The notes: generated by a model from the letters alone, not told the origin. 64,000 nt of DNA from an uncultured Verrucomicrobiota bacterium (GCA_913058185.1 CAJXQX010000008.1:8031-72030), one strand, 5' to 3'; positions 18,191-28,600 are shown, numbered from the stretch's first letter. Numbers and translations are program-made.

Positions 18191-18569
18191 AGTAGGAAAC
18201 CGCAGAGCGGATTTTTGATTGTTTGAGTTAGAGATTGGAGAACAGCGAAAATCGCGTTTCCAAAACTCTCTTTGCATTCCCCATGCCAATCATTTTAAAT
18301 AACACTATCGATTTATAGTCATCATCTTAAGCTACAATGACGTAAACATCATTCTGGCCCAAAAACACGTATTCGAAACTCACCATACCCGATTCTGGGA
18401 CAATTTCGGGAGACAATCAGGCAGGATCGAAATAAACCGGAGACAAGGGAAACCGAGTGTCTAGGAACATGGGTTACACTTAGAAGCGCCGCGGTTTTGG
18501 CGCGACTCGGATCGATTTATCGGCCACGTATATCTGGGTTCATCCGCGGTTAAATAACCGCGGCGGAGT

Positions 18570-20012
18570 TCAGCGAATGGGCGCACCGATCCTGAAGGTG
18601 TCTTCAAGTTCCGGTGAGTAATCTGCGTTGAGCGTGGGGAGTTGAGCTCCGGTTTGATCTTTCCACGCCCTCAAATCGGCGAAGAGTTCGTCGCGTTTTT
18701 GGGGTTCAGAATCCGCGAGATTCATGGTCTCGCCGGGGTCTCGAGCTAGGTGGTAGAGCTCCACCCGATTGCCTTGATAAAATTGGAGCAATTTCCACTG
18801 CCCTTTGCGGATGGCACTGTAGGGCGTGGCACCTTCGGTGTGATAATGTGGATAGTGAAAAAAGACTGATTCGCGGCCGGTCGAATCGGCCGCTCCGGTC
18901 AGAACCGGGGTCAGGTCCGCTCCGTCAAAATTGGCATTCGCGGCGGGGGCGACTCCGGTGAGGGTCAACAGCGTCGGATAAAAGTCGGGAGAAATGGCGA
19001 GTTCGCTGGAACGCGTGCCGGCCGCGATCTGACCCGGATAACGCACGATGAGTGGCACCCGCACGCCTCCTTCGTAGGCGTCACCTTTGCCGGAGCGCAG
19101 CGGTGCATTGTGCGTAACGGTGTCCCTGCCGCGATTACCGACTAAACCGCCGTTATCCGAAGTAAAAACGACGATGGTGTTATCGGCCACCCCCAGTCGG
19201 TCGAGCGTCGCCATCACTTGGCCCACGGCGTCATCCATGTGTTCCACCATCGCGGCATAGGTCGCGCTGCGGTGGCTGGCATCGGGGAAAACCTTGGCTT
19301 CGTATTTCGCTACTTTATCGGCCGCTGCCTGCAGCGGAGTGTGCACGTTATAAAACCAGAGGTTCAGGAAGAATGGGCGATCCTGATTCTCTTCGATGAA
19401 TGCCTCAGCTTCATTCGCCAGTCGTTCGGTGAGGTATTCCCCATCCGGACCGTCATCGAGCCGCGGATTCCCATAGGGACTGAAATAACCGCGAGCGGTT
19501 TCGTTGCGCTGAGGTTGTCCCACTTTCCATCCGCCACGATTAATATCGAATCCTTGATTCTCCGGCCAATATTCTTCGGTTTCACCCAAATGCCATTTCC
19601 CCAAATGGGCCGTGCGGTAACCCGCATCGTGCAGCGCTTCGGCCAGCGTGTAGGCATCGGGAGATAAAAACTTTGTCCACTCCGGAATCGCCATCTTCCC
19701 GTGCGGTTTAAGATGACCCGTAATCCAATCCGTGATGTGCAGAGTCGCGGGGTATTTACCCGTCATGATCGATGCCCGGGTAGGTGAACAAACGGTGCAC
19801 GCCGCATAAGCGCTGGTGAATCGCATACCTTGGTCAGCCAATCGGTCGACGTGCGGGGTCTCATAAAGATCGCTCCCGTAACTACTCAAATCGGTCCAGC
19901 CCAGGTCATCCACTAGGATGAATACCACGTTCGGTTTGTCTGCCGCGTGGCCGACTCCCATCAGTCCGAGGGCAAGGGTGAAGACAATCAGGGGTTTGAG
20001 GGTAAACTTCAT
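18570..20012 (-). CDS. Exported S1-family sulfatase
   Basis: Signal peptide, PNVVFILVDDLGW, CSPTRASIMTGKY, LGKWHLG, FTSDNGG, RSGKGDAYEGGVRVP. Confidence 0.9.
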   Translation of the reverse strand: MKFTLKPLIVFTLALGLMGVGHAADKPNVVFILVDDLGWTDLSSYGSDLYETPHVDRLADQGMRFTSAYAACTVCSPTRASIMTGKYPATLHITDWITGHLKPHGKMAIPEWTKFLSPDAYTLAEALHDAGYRTAHLGKWHLGETEEYWPENQGFDINRGGWKVGQPQRNETARGYFSPYGNPRLDDGPDGEYLTERLANEAEAFIEENQDRPFFLNLWFYNVHTPLQAAADKVAKYEAKVFPDASHRSATYAAMVEHMDDAVGQVMATLDRLGVADNTIVVFTSDNGGLVGNRGRDTVTHNAPLRSGKGDAYEGGVRVPLIVRYPGQIAAGTRSSELAISPDFYPTLLTLTGVAPAANANFDGADLTPVLTGAADSTGRESVFFHYPHYHTEGATPYSAIRKGQWKLLQFYQGNRVELYHLARDPGETMNLADSEPQKRDELFADLRAWKDQTGAQLPTLNADYSPELEDTFRIGAPIR

Positions 20013-20186
20013 GCCCTGAATCAGCTTACTAAGCCGCTAAGAGTAAACGAAATCCGCCCTTTCCCTTTAGAACAAGATGAACTGGATCATAAGCGTTTCT
20101 GGTATTGTGGCGTAGTCTCACATCGCTCACATTCTCTCAGAATACTGTTCGCTTTCTCCAAGCCCTCCTCATCGGACACTTTTCCC

Positions 20187-22505
20187 ATGTTCCTGAAACA
20201 ATTCTCCCCTACCCCCGCGGTCTCTCCGACCATCGATCCAGTCAGCCCTCTAAGCCGTCGCGGCTTCATGAAGACCTCCGGCGTATTCGTCCTGGCGGTT
20301 TCACTGGTCGGCCGCATGAAAGCGCAGGACAAGGTCGCTGGCAGCGCCCTGACCGATGTCGCCGGTGGCGACGCCACGCCTTCGCTGTGGATTTCCATCG
20401 ATCCGGACGGCACGGTAAAAATCACCTGCCATCGCTCGGAAATGGGCCAACAGACCTGGACCGCTATAGGGCAGATCGTGGCGGACGAGTTGGACGCCGA
20501 TTGGAAGGACGTCAAAATTGTGCAGGCGCTCGGGCATCCGAAATACGGCGACCAAAATACCGACGGCTCCCGTTCGGTCCGTTACAATTTCCACCGACTG
20601 CGCGTGGCCGGTGCAGCCATGCGCTCCATGTTGACCAGCGCCGCCGCCCTCAAATGGGGTGTATCGGTCGACGATTGCCAAGCCGAGCTCGGTTACGTCA
20701 CCCGGACCAATTCGAGAGCTCGGTTGAGCTACGGCGAATTGGCGCAAGCCGCCGGCAGACTCGAAGTTCCAGCTGAAGCCGATGTTCAGCTCAAATCACG
20801 CGACCAATGGCGCTACATCGGCAAACCGATTCCCTCCCTCACCGTCCCGCTCATCGTGCGTGGCCAAGGCACGTTCGGCATCGACGTGGATCGGCCCAAC
20901 ATGGTCCACGCCGTGGTTGCCCGTCCGCCGCAAGTATTTGGCGAGGTCGATACCGTCGACGACAGTCAGGCGAAAGCCGTCAAGGGCGTGCTGCAGACCG
21001 TAAGACTCCCAAAACCCGTCGCTCCCGCACTGTTCCAGCCCCTAGGCGGGATTGCCGTCGTCGCGACGGATACTTGGGCGGCCATTTCCGGTCGGAAGAA
21101 ACTCGAGATCACCTGGCATAAAGGTCCCAACGCGGCCTACAACTCCGACACCTATCGGGAGCAGCTCGAAACTACCGCGCGCCAGCCCGGTAAGGTTGAG
21201 CGCAACCGCGGTGACGCCTTGGAGGCCATCGCCAACAGTGATCGCACCCTCAGTGCCGAGTATTATGTGCCTAATCTCTCGCACTCTCCCATGGAGCCCG
21301 TAGTTGCCACGGCGGAATGGAATGGCGACCAGCTTGAAGTCTGGGCCTGCGTGCAGGACCCGCAAAGCACCCGCGGCGTGTTGGCGGGATTTTTCGGGAT
21401 TTCGCCCGACAATATCAAAGTCAACGCCACCTGGCTCGGCGGCGCTTTCGGCCGCAAGTCCAAGCCCGACTTCGCCGTCGAGGCCGCGTTCATCTCCCGC
21501 GAAGTCGGCCGTCCGGTTAAAGTCACTTGGACCCGGGAAGACGATCTGCAACACGGCTACTACCACGCGGTGAGTGCCCAACGCTTCGAAGCCGCCCTCG
21601 CTAAAAACGGCGACTGCACCGCGCTGTTGAACCGCGTCGTCTATCCCTCCATCGGGTCTACCTTTGCCACTGGGGTCAATATGGCCGTCAACTGGGAGCT
21701 CGCATTGGGCGCAACCGACATTCCCTTTAATACGCCCAATCTTCGAACCGAAGTGGGCGAGGCTGAGGCGCATGTGCGCATCGGATGGCTGCGATCGGTC
21801 ACCAATATACAACATGTTTTCGCAGTGCAGAGTTTCGCCGCCGAAATGGCTCATGCCGCGGGACGAGACCCCAAGGACTACCTGCTCGAGATGATTGGAG
21901 CATCGCGGCTCATCGATCCCAAAACCGAAGGCGCCGATTACCCCAACTATGATGCTTCCTTGGTCGATTATCCTATCGACACCGGTCGTCTCTCCCACGT
22001 CGCAGAAACGGTTGCCAAAATGGCTGACTGGGGACGTAAGCTTCCAAAGGGAAACGGCCTGGGCATCGCGGTCCACCGATCATTCGTGAGTTACGTCGCC
22101 ACCGTGATCGAAGTGAAGGTCTCGCCGGACGGTTCTCTTTCCATTCCCGGTATCTGGCTTGCGGTCGATGCGGGCACCGTGGTCAACACCCGTCACGCTG
22201 TCGCCCAAATGGAAGGGGGCACGATCTTCGGCCTTTCCAACGCGCTCTACGGCGAAATCACGGCCAAGGACGGTGCTATCGAGCAGGCAAACTTCCCCGA
22301 CTGGCGGCTCCTGCGGATGTCCGAAGCACCCGAGGCATTCGAGGTCAAAATCATAGGTTCCACTGCGCGAGCCGGCGGTTTAGGCGAACCGGCCACCCCG
22401 CTTGCAGCCCCCGCCCTTGCCAATGCGATCTTTGCCGCCACCGGCAAACGCATCCGCTCTCTCCCTATTCTCGGCCCAACAGGATCCACCCTGAACCTGA
22501 GCTAA
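20187..22505 (+). CDS. Molybdopterin-binding large subunit of IorB/aldehyde-oxidase-type hydroxylase, TAT signal
   Basis: Start moved to MFLKQF (20187). Twin-arginine leader SRRGFMKTSGVFVLA. Typical xanthine dehydrogenase family blocks (GGAFGRK, WTREDD, GLGEPATP). Confidence 0.85.
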   Translation: MFLKQFSPTPAVSPTIDPVSPLSRRGFMKTSGVFVLAVSLVGRMKAQDKVAGSALTDVAGGDATPSLWISIDPDGTVKITCHRSEMGQQTWTAIGQIVADELDADWKDVKIVQALGHPKYGDQNTDGSRSVRYNFHRLRVAGAAMRSMLTSAAALKWGVSVDDCQAELGYVTRTNSRARLSYGELAQAAGRLEVPAEADVQLKSRDQWRYIGKPIPSLTVPLIVRGQGTFGIDVDRPNMVHAVVARPPQVFGEVDTVDDSQAKAVKGVLQTVRLPKPVAPALFQPLGGIAVVATDTWAAISGRKKLEITWHKGPNAAYNSDTYREQLETTARQPGKVERNRGDALEAIANSDRTLSAEYYVPNLSHSPMEPVVATAEWNGDQLEVWACVQDPQSTRGVLAGFFGISPDNIKVNATWLGGAFGRKSKPDFAVEAAFISREVGRPVKVTWTREDDLQHGYYHAVSAQRFEAALAKNGDCTALLNRVVYPSIGSTFATGVNMAVNWELALGATDIPFNTPNLRTEVGEAEAHVRIGWLRSVTNIQHVFAVQSFAAEMAHAAGRDPKDYLLEMIGASRLIDPKTEGADYPNYDASLVDYPIDTGRLSHVAETVAKMADWGRKLPKGNGLGIAVHRSFVSYVATVIEVKVSPDGSLSIPGIWLAVDAGTVVNTRHAVAQMEGGTIFGLSNALYGEITAKDGAIEQANFPDWRLLRMSEAPEAFEVKIIGSTARAGGLGEPATPLAAPALANAIFAATGKRIRSLPILGPTGSTLNLS

Positions 22506-22530
22506 TCTTTAACCGCAACTGATCACTATC

Positions 22531-22989
22531 ATGGCGACCACTCTCAAAATTAACGGAAAGAAAATCTCAGTCGATGCCGCGGAAGGAACTCCGCTCCTCT
22601 GGGTGCTCCGCGACCACCTCAAGATGACCGGCACAAAGTTTGGCTGCGGCGTCGGCCAATGCGGCGCCTGCACGGTGCATTTGGACGGCAATCCGGTGCG
22701 CTCCTGCCAACTGCCTCACGATCGACTGGGTGAGGTCGCGATCACCACGATTGAGGGCAACGAAGGCAAAGCCGCCACGGCCATTCGCGAAGCTTGGATC
22801 GCAGCCGATGTGCCCCAATGCGGCTACTGCCAATCGGGCCAGATCATGTCGGCCACCGCTTTGATCGCCCAAAACGCCAGCCCTTCAGATGAAGACATCG
22901 ATGCCGCCATGAACGGTAATCTCTGCCGCTGCGCGACCTATTTGAGCATCCGCCGCGGCATCAAAGACGCCGCCAAAAGCCTCGCCTGA
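22531..22989 (+). CDS. (2Fe-2S)-binding small subunit (IorA-like)
   Basis: GCGVGQCGACTV and CGYCQSGQIM...NLCRCATY cluster motifs. Begins 25 nt after the large subunit. Confidence 0.9.
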   Translation: MATTLKINGKKISVDAAEGTPLLWVLRDHLKMTGTKFGCGVGQCGACTVHLDGNPVRSCQLPHDRLGEVAITTIEGNEGKAATAIREAWIAADVPQCGYCQSGQIMSATALIAQNASPSDEDIDAAMNGNLCRCATYLSIRRGIKDAAKSLA

Positions 22990-23003
22990 GGCAGACTAAT
23001 CCG

Positions 23004-23121
23004 CTGCTATTTGTTGGCCACAGAAGGCACAAAAAGCACATGAGAATAAGTCTATAGGCTCACGTTTTCTCTCCAGCAGTCAGCAGGTTATTTTTGTGCC
23101 TTTTGTGGCCAATAGTAGCAG
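23004..23121. repeat. REP-like palindromic intergenic element, copy C (long arms)
   Basis: GGCCACAGAAGGCACAAAAA versus TTTTTGTGCCTTTTGTGGCC (19/20 complementary), plus an outer CTGCTA/TAGCAG pair. The core TCTATAGGCTCAC is shared with copies A and B. Confidence 0.65.
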
Positions 23122-23264
23122 ACTGACAGTTTCGTGCTTTGTTCTTCAACTGCCCCTTGCAGGGCACCCGTTTCATCACCCTTGTCGGGCGCACCTATTT
23201 CGGTGCACCATCTCCGTGCTCTCGCACTACGTTCGTGGGTAATACCAGCGGGCTGACGGCGCAT

Positions 23265-24902
23265 TTAATTCGCCTGCAGTTGGCGGTAATCCTCGGGAGT
23301 CATCCACGCTAGGTCGTCCCACCAGTCGGTGTCGTTGGACTGCACGGGGCCCGGGGTCAGTCGGCCGCGGCAGACGATTTTGGTGATTCGTTTCTGTAAG
23401 CGTTCTGCCATCTTAGCATGATCAGCGATTACGTTGGACGCTTCGGTAGGGTCCCGGCCTAGATGATAAAGTTCGGCCATACTTTTCCCGTGGGGCATCA
23501 CCAGTTTCCAGTCACCATCACGGATAGCGAACCGACCTTTGATCTCGTGATGGATTAGGGGTAAGGCGGCGCGTTGGGTCTCCGGATTTTGGAGCACATC
23601 GTAAAAACTGACACTGTCTTCCCCACCGTCCACTGGCAGCTGCACTTCGAGCATCTCGGCCAAGGTGGCCAACACATCGAGCTGACTCACCGGTTCGTCC
23701 CAGCGCCGCCCGGCCTCGGTAATCCCGGCCGGCCAACGCACGATAAACGGCACGCGATGGCCACCTTCATAGATGTCGCGCTTGCCCCCGCGAAATCCGC
23801 CAGAGCTCACGTGGTTATATTTTTCGATACGCTGCTTCCACGTCGTCTCCGGACCATTGTCGCTGGAAAAAATGATAAGGGTATCATCGGCCAAACCGGC
23901 CTCATCTAAGTAGGCTAGAATACGTCCGATGTGGTGATCGGTTTCGATCATGAATTCTCCGTAGGCGCCCGCCTCCCCTTGTCCGCGAAACTCCGGCAAA
24001 GGGATGACCGGCTTGTGGGGCGAGGTGTAGGGCAAATACAGGAAGAACGGCTCGTCACTCCCGGCGGTGTGTTGCTGCATCCACTCGATGGATTTGTCGG
24101 TGAAACGCGTGAGGCATTCACTATCAATGAAGTCCGGAGCGACCTCCATCAAATCAGATCGCAGTTCGGTTTCGTAGGGCGGGGCGATCCGATAGTCGCT
24201 GAGGGCAATTTGATTGAGTTTCTTCTTCGTAAATAACGTGGGCGGAACCTCGGCGTAGCGCCCCTCGAACCAAGCCAGCACCCCATAGTTGAGCGAGGCC
24301 GGGATGCCGTAAAAATAGTCGAAGCCTTTATCGAGCGGCATATCCATAACTGGCTGGGTCCAATCGCGGTTGTCCTGCTCTCCCGGAAAGTCCATCCCTA
24401 GATGCCACTTCCCCACCATGGCGGTGCGGTAGCCGTTGTCGCGGAGCAGCGATGCCACCGTCATGCGGCCATCCTCGATCAGGCCCTTCACTTCTGCGCC
24501 AAAGACGCCGCGCTTCAAAGTCGTGCGCCAGTTGTATCGGCCAGTGAGCAGGCCATAACGCGATGGCGTGCACACGGTGTCAGAGCTGTGACCATCCGTG
24601 AACAAAATGCCTTCGCGCGCGAGCCGATCAAGATGCGGCGTCTGGAACTTCGATTCAGGATTGAGCGCACTCATGTCGCCGAATCCTTGGTCATCCGTGT
24701 AGATCAGAATGACATTGGGCTTGGGCGTCGCGGTGGCTCCGACTGCCATCAGCAGCAGGCCCAACAAGACGAATATCGGGCGTAACGCCCGACCCACATT
24801 GCGGTTCTCGAGTGATTGAAGTTGGTCGGGCTTTCTTGTCCGCCAAAGCCTTGGCGTAGGAGGAATGCCCGACAGCGAATTGAGTATCTGTTTCATTTTC
24901 AA
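23265..24902 (-). CDS. Exported S1-family sulfatase
   Basis: Signal anchor, PNVILIYTDDQGFGD, CTPSRYGLLTGRYN, VGKWHLG, FSSDNGP, FRGGKRDIYEGGHRVP. The start codon overlaps the stop of the upstream oxidoreductase. Confidence 0.9.
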   Translation of the reverse strand: MKMKQILNSLSGIPPTPRLWRTRKPDQLQSLENRNVGRALRPIFVLLGLLLMAVGATATPKPNVILIYTDDQGFGDMSALNPESKFQTPHLDRLAREGILFTDGHSSDTVCTPSRYGLLTGRYNWRTTLKRGVFGAEVKGLIEDGRMTVASLLRDNGYRTAMVGKWHLGMDFPGEQDNRDWTQPVMDMPLDKGFDYFYGIPASLNYGVLAWFEGRYAEVPPTLFTKKKLNQIALSDYRIAPPYETELRSDLMEVAPDFIDSECLTRFTDKSIEWMQQHTAGSDEPFFLYLPYTSPHKPVIPLPEFRGQGEAGAYGEFMIETDHHIGRILAYLDEAGLADDTLIIFSSDNGPETTWKQRIEKYNHVSSGGFRGGKRDIYEGGHRVPFIVRWPAGITEAGRRWDEPVSQLDVLATLAEMLEVQLPVDGGEDSVSFYDVLQNPETQRAALPLIHHEIKGRFAIRDGDWKLVMPHGKSMAELYHLGRDPTEASNVIADHAKMAERLQKRITKIVCRGRLTPGPVQSNDTDWWDDLAWMTPEDYRQLQAN

Positions 24903-26047
24903 AGGTAACGTTTGGTCAGATCCACGGTTTTACCCGAGTCGATCGATTCGAGAATGCCTTGTAGCACCACCAAGTCACGACGACCCATCGCGCCTGGAGT
25001 GCGCAACGGAATGCCGGCAAGAATAGACTGACATATCCCGTCCATATGAGGTGCCTGCTGAGGCACTGGGGTGCAAATCATAGACTGGTCGTTGATGTAG
25101 CCTTCTTGGCCATTATAAGCATACGCCCGTTTTTTGATGCCAAATTTTCCGCGTTCCGCTACCACATGGAAACTGTTCTCCGAGCGGCTACTGCCCGCCG
25201 CCCCCTCCGAATTCATGCGATTGGGAAACTCCAACTGCCACTCATAGGTTTCTTCACATTCGGTGAACAGCTCCGGACGGGTATTGAAGCTCTGGGCCGT
25301 CACCTGAGTAGGAATTTGTCCCGCGATATAGATCTGCGCCTGCACCGCATACACGCCCAGATCGTAGAGCGCACCCGCCACCCCGAGATCCCGCTTAAAG
25401 TGCCAATGCGTTCGAATACGCTCGTCATTGGGCCGACCACTGAACTCCGCCACGCAACTCTTCAACTTTCCCAAAGCCTCCGTGCGCGCCAGCTCCCTCG
25501 CCCGCAGGTGATACGGATCGTGATGGAGGCGATAGCCAATCGCCAGAATCACGTTGTTCTGCTTCGCCGCCGCGAGCATGGCGTCGGCTTCCGCCACCGT
25601 GCTCGCCATCGGTTTCTCGCAGATCACGTGTTTGCCAGCATTGGCCGCGCGGATCGTGAACTCCGCGTGCAGTCCGTGCGGCACAACGACGTAGATCACA
25701 TCTATATCGGGGTTCTTCGCGATCTCGTCGAAGTTGTCGTAATTGTAGACGTTCTCGTCCTGGATACCGTATTTATCCTGCCACACCGGAACCTTCTCGG
25801 GGCTACCGGTAACGATGCCGCGCAACTCTGCGATCTGAGTCTTCTGCAGCGCCGGTGCGAGATGGTTGGTCGAGTAATTCCCCAGACCAACAAGAGCCAC
25901 ACCCAGACGACGTCCGGTGTAGGCCTGCTGCCCCCACAACGAGGAGCCACCCAACATCGACAGCAGACCGGCCGCCGAAAGCGTCTTTATCGCATCACGC
26001 CGAGTGAGAGAGGAAGGATCGAAAGGAAGTTGATTCGGGGTATTCAT
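24899..26047 (-). CDS. TAT-exported Gfo/Idh/MocA family oxidoreductase
   Basis: Twin-arginine leader LTRRDAIKTLSAAGLL, Rossmann block LGVALVGLGNYS, and the EKPMA motif. Confidence 0.9.
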   Translation of the reverse strand: MNTPNQLPFDPSSLTRRDAIKTLSAAGLLSMLGGSSLWGQQAYTGRRLGVALVGLGNYSTNHLAPALQKTQIAELRGIVTGSPEKVPVWQDKYGIQDENVYNYDNFDEIAKNPDIDVIYVVVPHGLHAEFTIRAANAGKHVICEKPMASTVAEADAMLAAAKQNNVILAIGYRLHHDPYHLRARELARTEALGKLKSCVAEFSGRPNDERIRTHWHFKRDLGVAGALYDLGVYAVQAQIYIAGQIPTQVTAQSFNTRPELFTECEETYEWQLEFPNRMNSEGAAGSSRSENSFHVVAERGKFGIKKRAYAYNGQEGYINDQSMICTPVPQQAPHMDGICQSILAGIPLRTPGAMGRRDLVVLQGILESIDSGKTVDLTKRYL

Positions 26048-26230
26048 GATAAATGGGGATGGGGAAACGAGGGATAATTTTTTACAGGAGGTAGCGGAAA
26101 GAGCTGAGTCGGGAGGCAGGATGAAATCTCAAAAACATTAATATAAGTATGGCGATTATTTGGCTCTGTTTCCTCCTGTGAGACCAGCAGTGCGCAAGCC
26201 CTTCGTTCTCTTTGTTTCCTTCTGTGAAAA

Positions 26231-28081
26231 TTAGCGTTTGGTGGAGACGGTTTCGGAGTAACGGAGGTCGCCGGTGCGGCCGTCGAAGAATTGGAAGATC
26301 ACCTGGGGATGTTCGTAAGCCACCCAACGTTCCTCGCCAAGTTTTAGCGGATTGTTAAACACGCTGTTGATCTGTACGACGCAGTAGTGCGGATGCATGC
26401 GTTCGGTGCGCGGAATATCGTCGAGGATGAAGGTCGACCAACGGATATCCATCTCACGTTTGTCGAACTTCCAGAGACCGCTCTTGGGGCGATCACCCTC
26501 GTCGGACAAACGGTGATTCACGGAGTTGTGCGGACCGGAACAGAATTCCCAAATCTGGTCTGTAATCTTGATCGAGTAGCTGTTGTGCAGATCACCCGTC
26601 ATCACGAAGACCGGTTTGCCAAGCTCATCCCAAAAATTGATCAGCTTCTCGCGTTCATCGACAAAGACCGTCCAGGACTCGTCCTTGTTATCAGCCATCG
26701 CGTAGCCGCCTGCCCCCCGGTGAGGCACCATGAACGGCACGGATGAAAATACGAAAAAGAAGTCCGCTTCACTGGCCGCCATCTCGCTCTTCAACCATTC
26801 GCGTTGCTCGGTGCCTAAGATACTCAGGCCCGGCTTATCCGCTTCTGTGATGTCGTGGTATTCGCGATGAGTCTTGGTGTCCAAGAGGAAGTAATCGGCA
26901 TTACCCACCGTGAACTTGCTGTAGGAACGACGCCCCACCGAGTAAGAAGCTTGTCCGGTGGACACGGCCTCCGGTGAAATGCGCACGGTGCGATCGTCAA
27001 TCACCTCCAATACTTCGTAAACCTTGGCATTCGGATCACCCTCCTCATCCACGTCGTATATCGTATCATCCACCCCCGCGGTCGCAGTGCCCCAGTGCAC
27101 GTGTAGGTTGGCGGTTTGATCCCAATCAATCTGGGTGAAATTGGCGGCATCATCACGGAGGATACCGGATCCCTTCTCGAGCTGGGCGTGCCCGAAACTC
27201 ACGTCTTGAGTGAAGTCTACGGGGTCGGCCCATCCCAGATAATCATACCAAGCGAGGGTGCCGATGTCGCGAAACACCGCGCGGCGATTACGATGCCCCG
27301 GCGTGCCGGCGCCCCAGATGTCGTTGAGCAGCTCGTGATCATCAAAGGTGAAATACGACGGCACATGCCGATGCCATTCGGCCAGGTTCTGGGCGCGAGA
27401 CATATAGATTTTGTAGTTCTCCCATACGCCGACGACGGTCGGTGCAAGCGTCACATTGGGCGGGATGTCGTCGGCTGAAATCTCAAGATCCTCAACCCAA
27501 CCACTAACGGGGTAGTCCCGGGCCTCTTCATAAAGCCAATCCCCGTTCATCACGGCAAAGAGCACATCGTCCTTCACCTCGCGCAGGAGCGTATCGTAGG
27601 CGGGCAGGCTCGGACCAATGCCGTTGGCTGGGTTCTGCGAAGCACACGAACCGACCTCGAAACGGTAGTTGAAAAGCCCTGCGGGATTATACTCAGGATT
27701 CGCATACGCTTCGGCAGCGGGTAGCGTGTGAAATGTTCCGCCCTCCCCTAACTGGCCATTAAAAGCCCAAACCCGATAGTGGTATTTTGTGCCAGAGTTC
27801 AGGGCGGTGAGCGTCGTCCAGCCCGTGTTGTCATTGGGAATCGCAGTCAGCACCGGATCGCTGATGGTCGATTTCGACCAATCTGCGGCGCCGACCTCAT
27901 CCGCCTCCACATATTCCACCACAAACGCCCCCGCATCCGACGTGCGGGCCCAAACCCGGATCGAGTCCTTCGTTACATGCCCAAGCATCGGACCATGAGT
28001 GATCGTGATGGCGAAACTCGCACACGAGATCAATGCAGACAAAACGACCAAGGTGGCCGTGCGGGGTAAGAGGCGACGCAT
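26231..28081 (-). CDS. PhoD-like metallophosphatase
   Basis: Signal peptide, PhoD N-domain ITHGPMLGHVTKDSIRVWART, metallophosphatase blocks GDWLYEE, FDDHEL, TGDLHNSY. Confidence 0.8.
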   Translation of the reverse strand: MRRLLPRTATLVVLSALISCASFAITITHGPMLGHVTKDSIRVWARTSDAGAFVVEYVEADEVGAADWSKSTISDPVLTAIPNDNTGWTTLTALNSGTKYHYRVWAFNGQLGEGGTFHTLPAAEAYANPEYNPAGLFNYRFEVGSCASQNPANGIGPSLPAYDTLLREVKDDVLFAVMNGDWLYEEARDYPVSGWVEDLEISADDIPPNVTLAPTVVGVWENYKIYMSRAQNLAEWHRHVPSYFTFDDHELLNDIWGAGTPGHRNRRAVFRDIGTLAWYDYLGWADPVDFTQDVSFGHAQLEKGSGILRDDAANFTQIDWDQTANLHVHWGTATAGVDDTIYDVDEEGDPNAKVYEVLEVIDDRTVRISPEAVSTGQASYSVGRRSYSKFTVGNADYFLLDTKTHREYHDITEADKPGLSILGTEQREWLKSEMAASEADFFFVFSSVPFMVPHRGAGGYAMADNKDESWTVFVDEREKLINFWDELGKPVFVMTGDLHNSYSIKITDQIWEFCSGPHNSVNHRLSDEGDRPKSGLWKFDKREMDIRWSTFILDDIPRTERMHPHYCVVQINSVFNNPLKLGEERWVAYEHPQVIFQFFDGRTGDLRYSETVSTKR

Positions 28082-28315
28082 GGCCCGAACTTAAGCTGAT
28101 CCGCACTCCGCCGTAAAGTTTACTCGCCCCAGAGGTTCCGGGAGGGAGGGGATTTCTACGCCTCCCATTCGGTGGCGAAACGTTCTATTGTGAACAAAAA
28201 TTCATTTTTGATTCACGTTGGGTTAATCCACTTCTGCGATACTCACCCGAAAAATCCACTAAATATCGGGCAGGGTGAATCATTGAGACAGTTGAAGCTT
28301 CTGCACTGAGTTTAG

Positions 28316-28600
28316 ACCACTCCTGCCAAACTGAATCAGCGATCACGCCTCCTTTCCCTGAAATACGCCCGGCACACCTATGGGGATCAGCAAGATCCGT
28401 TGACGGCCGAGATCTACTTGAATGGCGAACTCGCCCTCACCCTCGCCCGCAACAAATCCCCAAAAGCCCCTGTATGGGAATCGTCCAGTTGCCAAGTAAC
28501 CATCCCCGCCGACGGACGCCTCCGGTTGGAAATGTATTCCACTGCCCTTGAAGTCGGTGGCGGCGTGCTCTTCGATGATCTTAAATTGGTAAAACTTTAA
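28316..28600 (+). pseudogene. Start-less C-terminal relic of a beta-sandwich protein
   Basis: The frame is open from 28316 with no ATG. It reads ...YGDQQDPLTAEIYLNGELALTL...RLRLEMYSTALEVGGGVLFDDLKLVKL and lies in a 570-bp gap just upstream of the DUF1080 gene. Confidence 0.25.

Noticed and set aside
18544-18563. Hairpin CCGCGGTTaaatAACCGCGG just downstream of the minus-strand sulfatase stop, as an intrinsic terminator.
   Set aside because: The 8-bp stem is perfect, but no U-tract follows on the transcribed strand, so I did not list it as a terminator.
19947-20186. 80-codon N-terminal extension of the molybdoenzyme large subunit offered by the track.
   Set aside because: It overlaps the divergent sulfatase gene start and has no signal character. 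The twin-arginine leader sits right after the internal Met at 20187.
8093-23121. Whether the repeated palindromic elements could be a CRISPR array.
   Set aside because: The copies are kilobases apart, not regularly spaced, internally palindromic with long loops, and no cas genes are present.
28190-28216. AT-rich imperfect palindrome GTGAACAAAAATTCATTTTTGATTCAC, about 110 nt upstream of the PhoD-like gene, as a Pho-box or operator.
   Set aside because: Only 19 of 27 positions are self-complementary, the sequence is low-complexity, and it does not resemble the direct-repeat layout of known Pho boxes.
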